Of a DNA stretch of 64,000 nucleotides, positions 51,452-61,897 are shown one piece after another. Below the pieces are notes generated by a model, which was not told the origin of the DNA, made no database searches, and worked only from the letters and a program-made list of their open reading frames with translations. The first letter of the stretch is position 1. Every line of letters begins with the position of its first letter. This stretch comes from a virus (Duplodnaviria > Caudoviricetes). Made by a program: the position numbers and the translations under genes. The stretch lies in IMG/VR virus record IMGVR_UViG_3300014205_000006, positions 37,278-101,277 of that record, one strand, 5' to 3'.

Positions 51452-52429
51452 ATGCCGCAGCCCGATGTCGGTGACGTTCACGTCAACGCCCTGCTCACGA
51501 ACATGAGCATTGCGCACTACAACCAGATGGACGCCTACATCGCTGACAAGGCGTTCCCGATTGTCTTCGTGGAGAAGCAGTCGGACATCTACCCGGTGTA
51601 TGACCGGGGCTACTTCTTCGCCGACGAGGGGAGCGCGATGCTGCGTGCCCCCGGTGCCCAGGCACCGACCAGCGGCTGGAAGATCACGAACAGCAACACG
51701 TACTTCGCTCGGAACTGGGCCATCGGCACCGAGATTCCGGACGAACTGCGCGCCAACGCCGAGGCTGTCTTCAACCTCGACAACGACGCGACGCTGTTCA
51801 CGACGCAACTCCAGCTGATCCGGCGTGAGCGGCAGTTCGCCGCCTCGTTCATGATCACCGGCGTCTGGGGCACCGACAAGGTCGGCGGCACCGACTTCGT
51901 GGTCTGGTCGGACTTCGGCGGCTCTGACCCGCTGAACGACCTGGAGGACGGCCTGGACACGGTGGAGCAGAACACCGGCGTCCGCCCGAACAAGTTGATC
52001 CTCGGGTCGCTTGTCTGGCGCCGCCTGAAGCACCACCCCGACCTCGTGGACCGCATCCGTGGCGGTGCGACGACCGGCAACCCTGCCATCGTCCAGCGTC
52101 AGCTGCTCGCGGAGATTCTCGAAATTGACGAGGTGATGGTCGCTCGCGCGTCCTACCGCTCGTCTGCCGAGGGTGCCTCGCTCACGCTCGCGCGGGTGGT
52201 CGGCGCGGACGCCCTGCTCCTGTACACGCCCCCGGCTCCCGGCCTGATGGTCGCGGCTGCGGGCTACACCTTCGTCTGGCGGCCCATGGTCTCGCCGGGC
52301 GCGGTGCAGTACATCCGCAAGGGCCGCGAGGAGCGCCCGCGCCGGGACTGGATCGAGTCGCACTCGTACCTCGACATGGTCGCCACCGAGGCGCAGTCGG
52401 GCTACTTCTTCGACGGGGCGGCTGCGTAA
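51452..52429 (+). CDS. major capsid protein
   Basis: VHVNALLTNMSIA, FPIVFVEKQSD, G.RPNKL.LG..VW..L..HP; position. Confidence 0.88.
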   Translation: MPQPDVGDVHVNALLTNMSIAHYNQMDAYIADKAFPIVFVEKQSDIYPVYDRGYFFADEGSAMLRAPGAQAPTSGWKITNSNTYFARNWAIGTEIPDELRANAEAVFNLDNDATLFTTQLQLIRRERQFAASFMITGVWGTDKVGGTDFVVWSDFGGSDPLNDLEDGLDTVEQNTGVRPNKLILGSLVWRRLKHHPDLVDRIRGGATTGNPAIVQRQLLAEILEIDEVMVARASYRSSAEGASLTLARVVGADALLLYTPPAPGLMVAAAGYTFVWRPMVSPGAVQYIRKGREERPRRDWIESHSYLDMVATEAQSGYFFDGAAA

Positions 52430-52468
52430 CCCGCAGCCCGCTCTGGGGCACGCCAGAGAGGTCTGAAG

Positions 52469-53020
52469 ATGGCTAAGTGTAACGGTTGCGGCGGCGAGTG
52501 CACAGGGAAGTTCTGCCGGTCTTGCTGGCCCGCTGAACTCGCCGCCCGCAACCGAGCCGCCAAGGGCGGCGCGACTGAAGGAACCGCCCGAGGAGGCAAG
52601 ACAGTGACTGGTAGCACCAAGGTCATCAACGACGGCAAGACGATGTTCGTGGTCTCGCCGCAGATGAAGCAGTACGGCGACCAGCCGCTCTCTCAGGGCG
52701 AACTGTTCCGGCTTCAGGGGCTTCGCAATGACGATGCCCTCCTGAAGTACAACTACGCCAAGCCCTTCACGGGCGAGGACGCGCTGGTCTGCGGCGAGTG
52801 CCAGCGTCAGTTCGCTCACCAGAGCGGTCTGACCGGTCACGCCCGGACTCACAAGCCCGGCGTCGAGGAGCCCAACCGGCTCCTGACGGATGAGGAGCGC
52901 TTCGCCAAGCCGCCCGCCGCCGAGGAGGTGCTGCCGCCGAGCGGTACGCACCTCGACCTCATGAAGCGGGGCGAAATCGCCGGGATGGCCGGTGCGGCAG
53001 ACATGAGCGCCGACCGCTAG
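52469..53020 (+). CDS. hypothetical protein with C2H2 finger
   Basis: CGECQRQF......GHARTH. Confidence 0.55.
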   Translation: MAKCNGCGGECTGKFCRSCWPAELAARNRAAKGGATEGTARGGKTVTGSTKVINDGKTMFVVSPQMKQYGDQPLSQGELFRLQGLRNDDALLKYNYAKPFTGEDALVCGECQRQFAHQSGLTGHARTHKPGVEEPNRLLTDEERFAKPPAAEEVLPPSGTHLDLMKRGEIAGMAGAADMSADR

Positions 53021-53087
53021 CAAGCCAACGATAACTGGGAGGTAGCGGCGCGGGTCGCCGCAGAGTCCTGGAACTGGGAGCCTCAAA

Positions 53088-54074
53088 ATGGGTTGGGAGA
53101 AGATTCGCCGGAACACGGTCATCCGTGGCCTTCTGCGGATTGCCACCGGCGTCAACGGCGGCGACATCGACTTCTGCATCATGTCCAACGAGGGCGCGCC
53201 GACTGACGGCACCTCTGGTACGGGTGCGGGCGTGGCGGGCAAGGGCTCGCTCTGCGCCGACGTGACCAACGGCGTCATCTACATCAACGGCGGCACCAAG
53301 GCCTCTCCCGCGTGGGAACCGATCGGCGCGGGCGGCTCGCTCGGCTCGCTGGTCGAGGTTCGCAACGAGACGGGCGGCACCCTCGCTGCCGGCACGCCGG
53401 TCTACATCAGCGGCTACAACGCCTCCGAGGACAAGTGGCTCATCACGAAGGCGGACGCGGACGCGGCTGGGCGCATCGCTCAGTTCGTCACGACCGCCTC
53501 GCTGGCGACCGCGACCAATGGCCTCGCCGCGAAGGTCTACCGGGGCACTGTCAACGGCACCGGCTCCGCCGCCCTCGACCTCTCTGGCGCGGCGGTCGGT
53601 GACCCGGTGTACCTCGATGTGACGGCGGGTGAGTGCGTTCTCGCCGCCCCGTCCGGCGCGGACGACCAGGTGCAGATCATCGGTCGTGTCGCTGTCGTCG
53701 CCACCGACATCGTGGAGGTGTACATCACCGACGCGACGGTCATCGGCACGAACGAACTGGCGGCGCTCGCGGTCACGACCGCGAAGATTGCCGCCAGCGC
53801 GGTCACCGGCGCGAAGATGGCGACCGGCATCGTCAAGCAGAACCTCATCGCCGGTATCGATGAGACGATGGACACGACCTACGACATCACCGGCATGGCT
53901 GCCGGCGACGAAATCGTGGGCGTCATCGTCCTCACGACGGCGGCGAGCATCGCGACGGCGGCGCAGCGTGCCAATGCGGACTTCACCGCCGGGGCGAACG
54001 TGATGACCGTCGGCGCGAACGCGGTGGATAACACGGGCAACCAGCTGCTCGTGACCTGGATCGATCACACGTAA
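53088..54074 (+). CDS. head fibre/decoration-like structural protein
   Basis: GAP...GSL..D..NG.IYIN.GT; AVTTAKIAASAVT repeat. Confidence 0.65.
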   Translation: MGWEKIRRNTVIRGLLRIATGVNGGDIDFCIMSNEGAPTDGTSGTGAGVAGKGSLCADVTNGVIYINGGTKASPAWEPIGAGGSLGSLVEVRNETGGTLAAGTPVYISGYNASEDKWLITKADADAAGRIAQFVTTASLATATNGLAAKVYRGTVNGTGSAALDLSGAAVGDPVYLDVTAGECVLAAPSGADDQVQIIGRVAVVATDIVEVYITDATVIGTNELAALAVTTAKIAASAVTGAKMATGIVKQNLIAGIDETMDTTYDITGMAAGDEIVGVIVLTTAASIATAAQRANADFTAGANVMTVGANAVDNTGNQLLVTWIDHT

Positions 54075-54319
54075 TGCTGGTGGACTGGACGCGCGAGGGT
54101 TGGCGAGTTCTGAGGTTTGAGGGTGACCCCGAGCCTCGCATCATCAAGGGCAACCTTGAAATCGTCGGCCCCGCGCGTCTGGTCCTGACCGGCAGTGACG
54201 GCTCTCACGGCTACGTCGAGTGCGTAGCAGTTGAGGAAGAGGGCTCTGGATAGTCGGAACCCTGACCATAGCGTTCAGTAGGCGCCATAAGCGCCCGTTC
54301 AGAGACGCCAAGGAGTACC

Positions 54320-55156
54320 ATGCTCGTAGCAGTCATCAGTGACCTTGCGCCTTCGGAACGTCCGGGCGGCGCGACTCGAATGCTCGGCAGACTCCTTGGC
54401 GTCGCTCCCGACGACATCGTTGTCGACCTCATCCAGCCCTCGCACTCGCAGCCCGTCGAGGCCATCGCCGCCGCCGACGTGGTCGTGTCCTACCTCGCGC
54501 AGCGGGCCCGGCCCGAGGCGCTTGAGGCAGTCGTGTCTCACCCCGCGCACGTCCGCATCGAGACGGGGTTGTGGGCCGAGCCGGGGAACAGCGAGTGGCG
54601 CAAGGCTCTGTCCGAGCGCGCCGTGGCGACGCTCTACGACAGCCCGATGCACCAGCGACTCTACGCGGAGCGCTGGGGTGTCGCCCCCTCGAACCCGTAC
54701 GTGCTGCCTTGCCCCATCCCGGTCGCCGAGATTCGGGCGCACGCGCTTGACCCGCGCGAGCGGGACTTGGGCATCGTGTGGGCGGGCGAGTGGAGCGTCG
54801 ACAAGGGCGCAGACCTCGCGATGCGATGGGCAGCCGACCACCGTCTGGGCGTGGACTTCTACTCGCCGTCCATGGACGTGGCGAATCAAGTGCCGGCCCA
54901 GTTCTGCAACTTCAAGGGCTTCGTGCCCGAGGCGGACTGGTACCCGACGCTCGCCCGGTACTCGAAACTGATCCACTTCCCGCGCGTGCCCGAGCCCTTT
55001 CCGTACATCGTGATGGAGGCGTTCGCGCTTGGCCTTCAGGTCGAGATGACGGGCCGCGTGGGCATCGAGTCCTACGACTGCGACATGGTCGAGTTGCTCG
55101 ACCGCTGCGACCGCGCCGCCGGGGAGTTCTGGGACATCGTGAGGTCGGCCAAGTGA
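54320..55156 (+). CDS. GT-B glycosyltransferase
   Basis: RPGGA, WAG....KG, EPFPYIVMEA. Confidence 0.75.
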   Translation: MLVAVISDLAPSERPGGATRMLGRLLGVAPDDIVVDLIQPSHSQPVEAIAAADVVVSYLAQRARPEALEAVVSHPAHVRIETGLWAEPGNSEWRKALSERAVATLYDSPMHQRLYAERWGVAPSNPYVLPCPIPVAEIRAHALDPRERDLGIVWAGEWSVDKGADLAMRWAADHRLGVDFYSPSMDVANQVPAQFCNFKGFVPEADWYPTLARYSKLIHFPRVPEPFPYIVMEAFALGLQVEMTGRVGIESYDCDMVELLDRCDRAAGEFWDIVRSAK

Positions 55157-55509
55157 GCACGATCACACCGCGTCCTTGGGGCATCTTCGAGGTGATGGAG
55201 TCGGGCCCCGGCTACTGCGCAAAGCGGTTGGTCATCGACCCCGGCCAGAGGCTCTCCCTCCAGTTGCACCAGCACCGCTCTGAGAAGTGGCTGGTCGTCA
55301 GGGGCTCGGGCTCTGCCCTCGTCAACGGCAAGACGTTCAGCCTCAACGTGGGCACGGTCGTGGACGTCCCGAAGGGCGCAATTCACCGCCTCCAAGCGAA
55401 CCCGCTGACCGCGCTCATCGTGGTCGAGGTCGCGACGGGAGACGACATCCGCGAGGATGACATCCAACGACTTGAAGACGACTACGGAAGGGCAGGCACG
55501 GCCCGATGA
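55153..55509 (+). CDS. mannose-6-phosphate isomerase type II C-terminal cupin
   Basis: RPWG, RLSLQ.H.HRSE.W.VV.G, HRL, EDDI.R.EDDYGR. Confidence 0.88.
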   Translation: MSTITPRPWGIFEVMESGPGYCAKRLVIDPGQRLSLQLHQHRSEKWLVVRGSGSALVNGKTFSLNVGTVVDVPKGAIHRLQANPLTALIVVEVATGDDIREDDIQRLEDDYGRAGTAR

Positions 55510-55964
55510 GGATCATCGAGAAGGCATTCGACCGGGTGGACAAGGGCGTGAACTCGCGCGACAACTACCTCACGGTGGTGATCGCCGGGGTGTCCTTTGA
55601 CCACACGGCGATGCAGGAGTTGATCGGCGAGGCGCTGGGGAAGGGTGAGTGCTACGTCACCGACCCGAACCCGGACTTGGTCGAGGATTTGAATGCGGCG
55701 CTGGAGGCAGCGGGCCTCGATGAAATCGAGGTCTACTCGATGGAGGCGGGTGCGTTCCTCCGCCAGTTGCGCGACCGCATCCACATCCTGTACCTGTTCG
55801 ACGCCTCGTGGGAGACGTTCAAGTTGGGCGCCACTCGGGTTCCGCCGTTCGGCGTGATCCTGCTTGAGTCCGTCCGGCCCACGACGCTCCAGATGGCCGA
55901 GCGCGCCGGGTGGCGAGTTGAAGACATCGAGGGGAGGGTTCAACTGCTATGCCGCGCCGCGTAA
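55506..55964 (+). CDS. hypothetical protein, possibly a degenerate methyltransferase fold
   Basis: Coupled ORF; only weak Rossmann-like resemblance. Confidence 0.4.
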   Translation: MRIIEKAFDRVDKGVNSRDNYLTVVIAGVSFDHTAMQELIGEALGKGECYVTDPNPDLVEDLNAALEAAGLDEIEVYSMEAGAFLRQLRDRIHILYLFDASWETFKLGATRVPPFGVILLESVRPTTLQMAERAGWRVEDIEGRVQLLCRAA

Positions 55965-56647
55965 ACGTCCTGATGCCCACCCTCGGTCGCCTCGGCACTC
56001 GCGCCGAGGACGCCCTGCGCGAGCACGCGCCCTTCGACGTCAACCTGATCCAGTCCGGCGTCCCCGGCTGGTCGGCGGCGATCAACGACTGCCTCGCACA
56101 GCGCGAGCGCGGCGAGGACTGCCTCATCATCGATGACGATGTGTTCGTCGGGCCCGAGACGTTCAACCCGCTCTGGGATCACTACGCCGACGCCGACGTG
56201 TTCGGATTCCTCCTGCGATACCCGACCGGCGAGATCCAGCACGATGGTGGCTACGTCACGCCAGACATGGTGGCGGGTCACATCCGTGACGGACGGGAGG
56301 GTGAGCCCTCTTTCGTGCGCTACGTCACTGCCTCGCTCTGCTACGTGAAGGCTGACGTGTTCGAGCGCATCCCGCGCCTCGTCCAGTGGCCGGGCGTCCA
56401 GTGGGAGGATGTCGCGCTCTGCGTGGATGCATGGGCGCAGGGCTTCAAGGTGATGTACCTTCCCGGCGAGGCGGTTCACGAGGAGACGGCGACCAAGCGG
56501 TTTGACCCGAACCTCAACCAGCGCTTCGCGCAGAACGGCGCGCACTTCCACGACCTGTACAAGGGGAAGGTCGCGCGCCTCGATCAACGCTTTGGCGGGG
56601 AGCGCCGACTGCGCACCGCGCCGGTTCTTCAGCAGGTGGCACGATGA
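55949..56647 (+). CDS. glycosyltransferase family 2
   Basis: VLMPT, IIDDDV, IQHDGG, WEDVALC, HEE. Confidence 0.8.
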   Translation: MPRRVNVLMPTLGRLGTRAEDALREHAPFDVNLIQSGVPGWSAAINDCLAQRERGEDCLIIDDDVFVGPETFNPLWDHYADADVFGFLLRYPTGEIQHDGGYVTPDMVAGHIRDGREGEPSFVRYVTASLCYVKADVFERIPRLVQWPGVQWEDVALCVDAWAQGFKVMYLPGEAVHEETATKRFDPNLNQRFAQNGAHFHDLYKGKVARLDQRFGGERRLRTAPVLQQVAR

Positions 56648-57702
56648 GCGACAACTTCGACCGATTCAACTCGTGGAAGATTCTCCGTCATGGCGACCGC
56701 CTTGAGGAGATTGCCGCCGGAGGCATGCCCTTCCCGGTGGACTGGCACGTGTACCCCTCGAACATCTGCAACCACTCGTGCGGGTGGTGCATGTTCCGGC
56801 AGAACGGCGAGCAGTTCGTCAACCACGTCCTGATGCCCGAGCACATCCTCATGAAGGCCGTGGACGACGCGGCCCGGACGGGCGCTGTCCTGATGCATTT
56901 CAGCGGCGGCGGCGAGCCGCTCGTCAACAAGCGCACTCCGGACGCGATGCGCCGGGCGGTCGCGGCGGGCCTCAAGGTCGCGCTGTCGACCAACGGCGCG
57001 CTCCTGACGCCCGAGGTCGCGGCCACGGTGGACTACCTCCGCATCTCCCTGAACGCGGGGACGCCGGAGCAGCACTTCAAGACCAATCACGGCGGCGAGG
57101 GCACGGCTGACTGGCCGCGCATCCTTGAGAACGTCCGTGCGGCGGTGCCTCACAAGAAGGGCGACATCGGCCTCGCCTTCGTGGTGGACCACTACAACTA
57201 CAACGACATCATCCCGTTCTGCGGAGTGGCCGCAGACCTCGGCGTTGACTTCGTCCAGATTCGCCCGGCGTTCTGGTACGACAAGGCAGAGGACGCGGCG
57301 ACGCGGGCGATCATGCCGACCGTGTACGAGATGGGGTTGGAGGCCAAGCGGCTGTACGGCCACGCGGTGGACATCTTCGCCCTCGGTGAGAAGTTCGACG
57401 GGTTCTGGACGCCGCGCTCGTACGACAAGTGCCGGGCCGTGATCAGCGGCACGTGCCTCACCGCCACCGGCGACTTCGCGGTCTGCCAAGACCGCACTGA
57501 CCTGCGCTTCGGCGCGGAGTACGCGCACAGCGCGACCTTCGAGGACGTCTGGCTCAGCGATGAGCACCGACGCCTCGTGGACACGATCACGGCGGGAGAG
57601 GGCGGCGAGTTGGACAAGTGTCCCCGCTGCGTCTGGAACCGTCGCAACGAGATCATCCAGCACATGTTTGTCGATGACAACACCCGGCTGGCCCTCGTAT
57701 GA
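56644..57702 (+). CDS. radical SAM enzyme with SPASM/twitch domain
   Basis: CNHSCGWC, FSGGGEP, STNG, C...G.F.VC...CPRC. Confidence 0.9.
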   Translation: MSDNFDRFNSWKILRHGDRLEEIAAGGMPFPVDWHVYPSNICNHSCGWCMFRQNGEQFVNHVLMPEHILMKAVDDAARTGAVLMHFSGGGEPLVNKRTPDAMRRAVAAGLKVALSTNGALLTPEVAATVDYLRISLNAGTPEQHFKTNHGGEGTADWPRILENVRAAVPHKKGDIGLAFVVDHYNYNDIIPFCGVAADLGVDFVQIRPAFWYDKAEDAATRAIMPTVYEMGLEAKRLYGHAVDIFALGEKFDGFWTPRSYDKCRAVISGTCLTATGDFAVCQDRTDLRFGAEYAHSATFEDVWLSDEHRRLVDTITAGEGGELDKCPRCVWNRRNEIIQHMFVDDNTRLALV

Positions 57703-57832
57703 ACGTCCGCAACACGGTTCGCCGTCTTGCGGATTCGCCGCTGTCGTCCGGGGCGGAGGGCCGACGTGCCAACGGCACTTCGTCTCGGGCGACAGAGGCT
57801 ATTCAACCCGTTGAAATTGGGAGGCACGCCCG

Positions 57833-59083
57833 ATGACCGACAAGCCGCTCCGCATCCTCTGGCAGAGCAACGCGCCTCACTGCCCGACCGGGTACGGCGT
57901 CCAAGCCAACCAGATTCTCCCGCGCATGATGAAGCATGACAAGGTCGATGACGTTGCCATCTTCGCGTACTGGGGCGTTCAGGGCGGCATCGCCAAGTGG
58001 CCCATCGGCAACGGCAACAAGCGCGTGACCGTGTACCCGGCGATGTACGACCTCTGGGGCAACGATGTGATCAACAAGCACGTCAACGCCTTCGACGCGA
58101 ACCTCGTCATCACGCTCATGGACATCTGGGTGCTGCGGCCCGACTACGGCGACGGCTTCACGTGGTGCCCGTACATGCCGGTCGACACGCTGACCCTTCC
58201 CGAGGCGTTCCTGCCCCGGCTCAAGAACGCCTACCTGCCGCTGACGTACAGCCGTCACGCCGAGGCGCTGCTGAATGAGCAGGGCATTGAGAACGTCTAC
58301 GTGCCTCACGGCGTCAACACCAAGGTGTTCAGGCCGAAGCGCAACCAGAAGGCGGCCAAGCGGATGCTCGGCTTCGAGGATGACTGCTACCTCGTGGGGA
58401 TGGTCGCCGCGAACAAGTCCAACCCGCCGCGCAAGGGCTTCCCCGAGGCCTTTGAGGCATTCAAGGCGCTCCACGACGCGCACCCCGAGGCCCGGATGTA
58501 CGTTCATACGACGTCCACGCCTCACATGGGCGGGCCCGACCTTGAGGCGATGGCCCGGCACTACGGCCTGAGCGGGCTCGTGCGCTTCACGCAGGACTAC
58601 TACGCCTTCCTTGGGCTGGACGACTCGACGCTCGCCGAGTTGTACAACGCCTTCGATGTGCTCCTCCTGCCCACGATGGGCGAGGGGTTCGGCATCCCGA
58701 TCATCGAGGCTCAGGCGTGCGGGACGCCGGTGATCGTCACCGACGCGACCGCGTGTCCGGAGTTGGTCGGCGTCGGCTGGAAGGTGCCGTGGGATCACAA
58801 GGTCTGGGTGCCGACCGGCTCGTGGCAGGTGTACGCAAACGCCGCCGCCACGACAGAGGCGCTGCGAGAGGCCTACCAATCCGGCAAGACGGCTGCGATG
58901 CAGAAGCAGGCAGCCGAGTTCGCCCACGACTACGACTGGGATGTCGTCTGGAACAACCACTGGTCGCCGCTGCTGGCACGTCTCGGCGACGAACTCACCC
59001 CTCGCAAGTATCAGCTGATCGCTGAGGAGGCCGAAGATGGTCAACGTGCTGCCCGCGAAGTTCCGGCTCTCACAGGGCCGTGA
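57833..59083 (+). CDS. glycosyltransferase family 4
   Basis: PTGYG.Q, PHGV, RKG, GEGFGIPIIEAQACG.PVI. Confidence 0.9.
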   Translation: MTDKPLRILWQSNAPHCPTGYGVQANQILPRMMKHDKVDDVAIFAYWGVQGGIAKWPIGNGNKRVTVYPAMYDLWGNDVINKHVNAFDANLVITLMDIWVLRPDYGDGFTWCPYMPVDTLTLPEAFLPRLKNAYLPLTYSRHAEALLNEQGIENVYVPHGVNTKVFRPKRNQKAAKRMLGFEDDCYLVGMVAANKSNPPRKGFPEAFEAFKALHDAHPEARMYVHTTSTPHMGGPDLEAMARHYGLSGLVRFTQDYYAFLGLDDSTLAELYNAFDVLLLPTMGEGFGIPIIEAQACGTPVIVTDATACPELVGVGWKVPWDHKVWVPTGSWQVYANAAATTEALREAYQSGKTAAMQKQAAEFAHDYDWDVVWNNHWSPLLARLGDELTPRKYQLIAEEAEDGQRAAREVPALTGP

Positions 59084-59438
59084 GGTCCAACTCTACCGTC
59101 TGAGCGCTGCGGCGGTTGGTAGTGCGGCAACGTACTCCACTCCGTTCCCCGGCCCTTGGAAGGGCTCGTACACGGTGGGCGCGGGTGATGTCATCCAGCG
59201 GGGTGGCATCCAGACGCTCGCGATCAACGCCCTCCTGAGCAACGCGGGCTCGGTTGACGTCCTCGGCTACACCGAGGCAGCTGTGCTCGCCGGGACGGTC
59301 GCCACGCTCGCGCTCGGCGCGGGAACGGCGGCGGGGACGGCGGTGTCGGTCGGCAACTACCCGTACATCGGCGTCCAGATGCGGAACGGCGGCGGGGCGG
59401 GGACGGCAACCCTGTCGGTTCGCGGGCGGAGCAACTAG
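59037..59438 (+). CDS. hypothetical virion protein
   Basis: Ala/Gly/Thr-rich beta protein in the neck region. Confidence 0.5.
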   Translation: MVNVLPAKFRLSQGREVQLYRLSAAAVGSAATYSTPFPGPWKGSYTVGAGDVIQRGGIQTLAINALLSNAGSVDVLGYTEAAVLAGTVATLALGAGTAAGTAVSVGNYPYIGVQMRNGGGAGTATLSVRGRSN

Positions 59439-59441
59439 GCC

Positions 59442-59987
59442 ATGACCTACACGGGGTTTGAGACCGCAGCCGGAGCCTTGCTCACCGACGTGAGCATGCT
59501 GAACCGCCACCTCACGTTGAGCGGCTCCTTTGGCGCGCAGACTCACCCGACGTTGGAGGTCGTGGAGCAGTGGATCAACCTGTCGTACTCGCGCATCGTC
59601 GGTCTGCTGACCAAGGCGGGCTACTCGGCGACGCAGACGAACGCGCAGGTGCTCGCCATCCTTGAGCAGTTGAACGCGCTGGACGTGTCCATCCTCATCG
59701 AGTTGGCGCACCCCACGACCGCGACCGGCGAGGCGAATGAGCGCTTCAAGACCTTCATGACGATGCGCAAGGAGTTGGAGGCGCTTGTCAACTCCAACGC
59801 CTTCGCTGACCTCGGCGCGACGGCGGGCTCCTCGGCGACGAACATCGTGACCAAGGCGAGCGGCATCAGCGTGGCCGACCGCGAGACGCGCGCCGAGGAC
59901 ACGGATGACATCCCCAATCGCTTCCGGCGCGGCCAGTTCCGCAACCCGCAGTCGGGCTCCGACCCGGCGGTCAGGGACGGTTCCTGA
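59442..59987 (+). CDS. head-tail adaptor
   Basis: T.PT...V..WI.......L...GY; position. Confidence 0.6.
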   Translation: MTYTGFETAAGALLTDVSMLNRHLTLSGSFGAQTHPTLEVVEQWINLSYSRIVGLLTKAGYSATQTNAQVLAILEQLNALDVSILIELAHPTTATGEANERFKTFMTMRKELEALVNSNAFADLGATAGSSATNIVTKASGISVADRETRAEDTDDIPNRFRRGQFRNPQSGSDPAVRDGS

Positions 59988-60439
59988 TGTCGTACAAACT
60001 GGTCGAGGAGGCGCTCATCACGACCCTTCAGGGCATCACCGGCCTTGAGCAGTCGGTGAGCAACAAGATGACCTTCCTCGCCGAGGGGCACCAGCGCGCG
60101 GCCATCACGCAGTACAACTCATTCGAGCGCAAGGACTTCGCGTACAAGGGACAGGCGTCGATCAACTGGATCATCGATGTCGCGACGTTCGTTCGCTGGA
60201 TTGATGAAGACCAAGTGGTCACCGACGCCGATGAATTCCGCCAGAACATCATCGACCGGATCAACCAGTATCACGAACTCGGCGGCACGGCCAACGTGAT
60301 CGATGCGGTAGCGCTCCGGGGTCGCGCAGTGCCTCAGCTGGTCACGTTGGGGAGCAACAAGTTCTTCAAGGAGATCATCCAGGTGCACGCGCTGGAGTTG
60401 CTCAGTTTTGATCAACAGGATCACGGAGGTGCCGAGTGA
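59987..60439 (+). CDS. tail terminator-like protein
   Basis: Size and position before the tail tube genes. Confidence 0.55.
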   Translation: MSYKLVEEALITTLQGITGLEQSVSNKMTFLAEGHQRAAITQYNSFERKDFAYKGQASINWIIDVATFVRWIDEDQVVTDADEFRQNIIDRINQYHELGGTANVIDAVALRGRAVPQLVTLGSNKFFKEIIQVHALELLSFDQQDHGGAE

Positions 60440-60670
60440 GCCAGTGGGAAGTGACCAATGGCTTCAACCTCGTCAAGTCGCCGGGCGAGCCCGAGGAGCG
60501 GCACGAGGTTGGCGAGAAGGTCGAACTGAACGACAAGGATGCGGTCGCGCTCTACGGGCTCGGCGCTGTGACCCCGCTGGACAAGCGGGCTCGCGCCCTC
60601 GCCGGGGCCAATGCGCCAGCAGAGGGCACTCCTACGGTGCCGGACGCTGAGGAAGATGGGGTGACGCCCG

Positions 60671-61396
60671 ATGCCTAAGTTCCACGGCAAGAACGTCCGC
60701 GTGTTCTGGGGCGGGTACAACCTCTCCGGCGACCTGAACGACGTGAGCGTGCCGTTCAAGCACGACACGGCTGAGGTCGCGTCCTACTCGGACGCGAGCA
60801 AGTCATATGTGCTCGGCCAGCGCGATGCGATGTACTCCTACAAGGGGTGGTTCAACACCGGCGCGCTTCCCGCCCAGCACGCGGTCGCGACGGCTGACCT
60901 GAACGCAGCGCAGACCGGGCGTGTCCTCACGGTCGCCCCGATTGGCACGGCGACGCCGGGCGCGCCCTGCTTCGCGGGCTCGGCAGTCGTGATGAGCGAC
61001 TACAACGTTCACAACGGCCTCCACGCGGCGGTCGAGGCGTCGGCGGAGTTCCACTCCCTTGACGCCTACGGCATCGACCCCATCAGCAAGTTGCTGGAGT
61101 ACACGCCGCCGGGGAGCACGGCTGACGGCGCGGTGCTGGACGACAACGGCGCGGCGACCGCCTTCGGGCTCAGGGCCTACCTCAACGCCCTCACAGTCGT
61201 GGGCACCGTGGCACCGGTGATCCAACACGGCACCTCGGCGGCGGGGCCGTGGGTTGACCTCATCACGTTCGCGAGCGGCACGGCTCCGTACAGTGATGGA
61301 CAGTCGGTGACGGGTACGGTCAACCGCTACCTCCGCCGGAACATCCCCGCTGGCAGCGCGGAGGCGGTCATTTCGTTCGCCCGCCCGCTGTCGTAG
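60671..61396 (+). CDS. tail tube-like protein 1 with C-terminal extra domain
   Basis: MPKFHGKN...DTAEV.SY....KSYVLGQ.D. Confidence 0.65.
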   Translation: MPKFHGKNVRVFWGGYNLSGDLNDVSVPFKHDTAEVASYSDASKSYVLGQRDAMYSYKGWFNTGALPAQHAVATADLNAAQTGRVLTVAPIGTATPGAPCFAGSAVVMSDYNVHNGLHAAVEASAEFHSLDAYGIDPISKLLEYTPPGSTADGAVLDDNGAATAFGLRAYLNALTVVGTVAPVIQHGTSAAGPWVDLITFASGTAPYSDGQSVTGTVNRYLRRNIPAGSAEAVISFARPLS

Positions 61397-61430
61397 AGAC
61401 TGAACTGAAACCGACCGAAAGGACAGAGAC

Positions 61431-61856
61431 GTGCCCAAGTTCCACGCCAAGACCCTCCGCATCTGGGTCAACGACGGCTCCGCCGACCGCGAGATCAGCA
61501 GCGACGCTGACGACGTGCAAGCGCCCATCAAGTACGACACCGCTGAGGCCACCGGCTTCAACGAGAACAGCAAGAACTACCTGCTCGGCCAGTTCGACAC
61601 TCCGGTGTCGATCAAGGGCCAGTTCAACACGACCGCGAACCGGGCGCACGCGGTGCTGTCAGCCATCGTCGGCGGTACGGCGGGCTACCACATCCAGATC
61701 ATGCCGGCAGGCAGCACGGCGGGCTACCCGCTCCTTCACGGGACGGCGCTCTGCCACAACTACTCGCCGACCATGGGCCTGAAGGGCATCGTGGGCTACC
61801 AAGCCGACTTCGTGCCCGCCACGGCCACCGGCTTCGTCTGGGGCACCGTCTCCTAA
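61431..61856 (+). CDS. tail tube protein 2
   Basis: MPKFHAKT...DTAEATGF...SKNYLLGQ.D; paralog of the upstream gene. Confidence 0.7.
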   Translation: MPKFHAKTLRIWVNDGSADREISSDADDVQAPIKYDTAEATGFNENSKNYLLGQFDTPVSIKGQFNTTANRAHAVLSAIVGGTAGYHIQIMPAGSTAGYPLLHGTALCHNYSPTMGLKGIVGYQADFVPATATGFVWGTVS

Positions 61857-61897
61857 TCGGGAGGCGCTCTGCCCCGCAAGGGAAGGATTGGCACAAG

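Noticed and set aside
50798-53278. Long minus-strand ORFs opposite structural and replication genes
   Set aside because: High-GC antisense shadows with no motifs, overlapping well-supported plus-strand genes.
60671-61445. MPKFH starts of the tail tube genes as further tag copies
   Set aside because: They lack HDQxxH, and an HGK-type start is ordinary for tail tube proteins.
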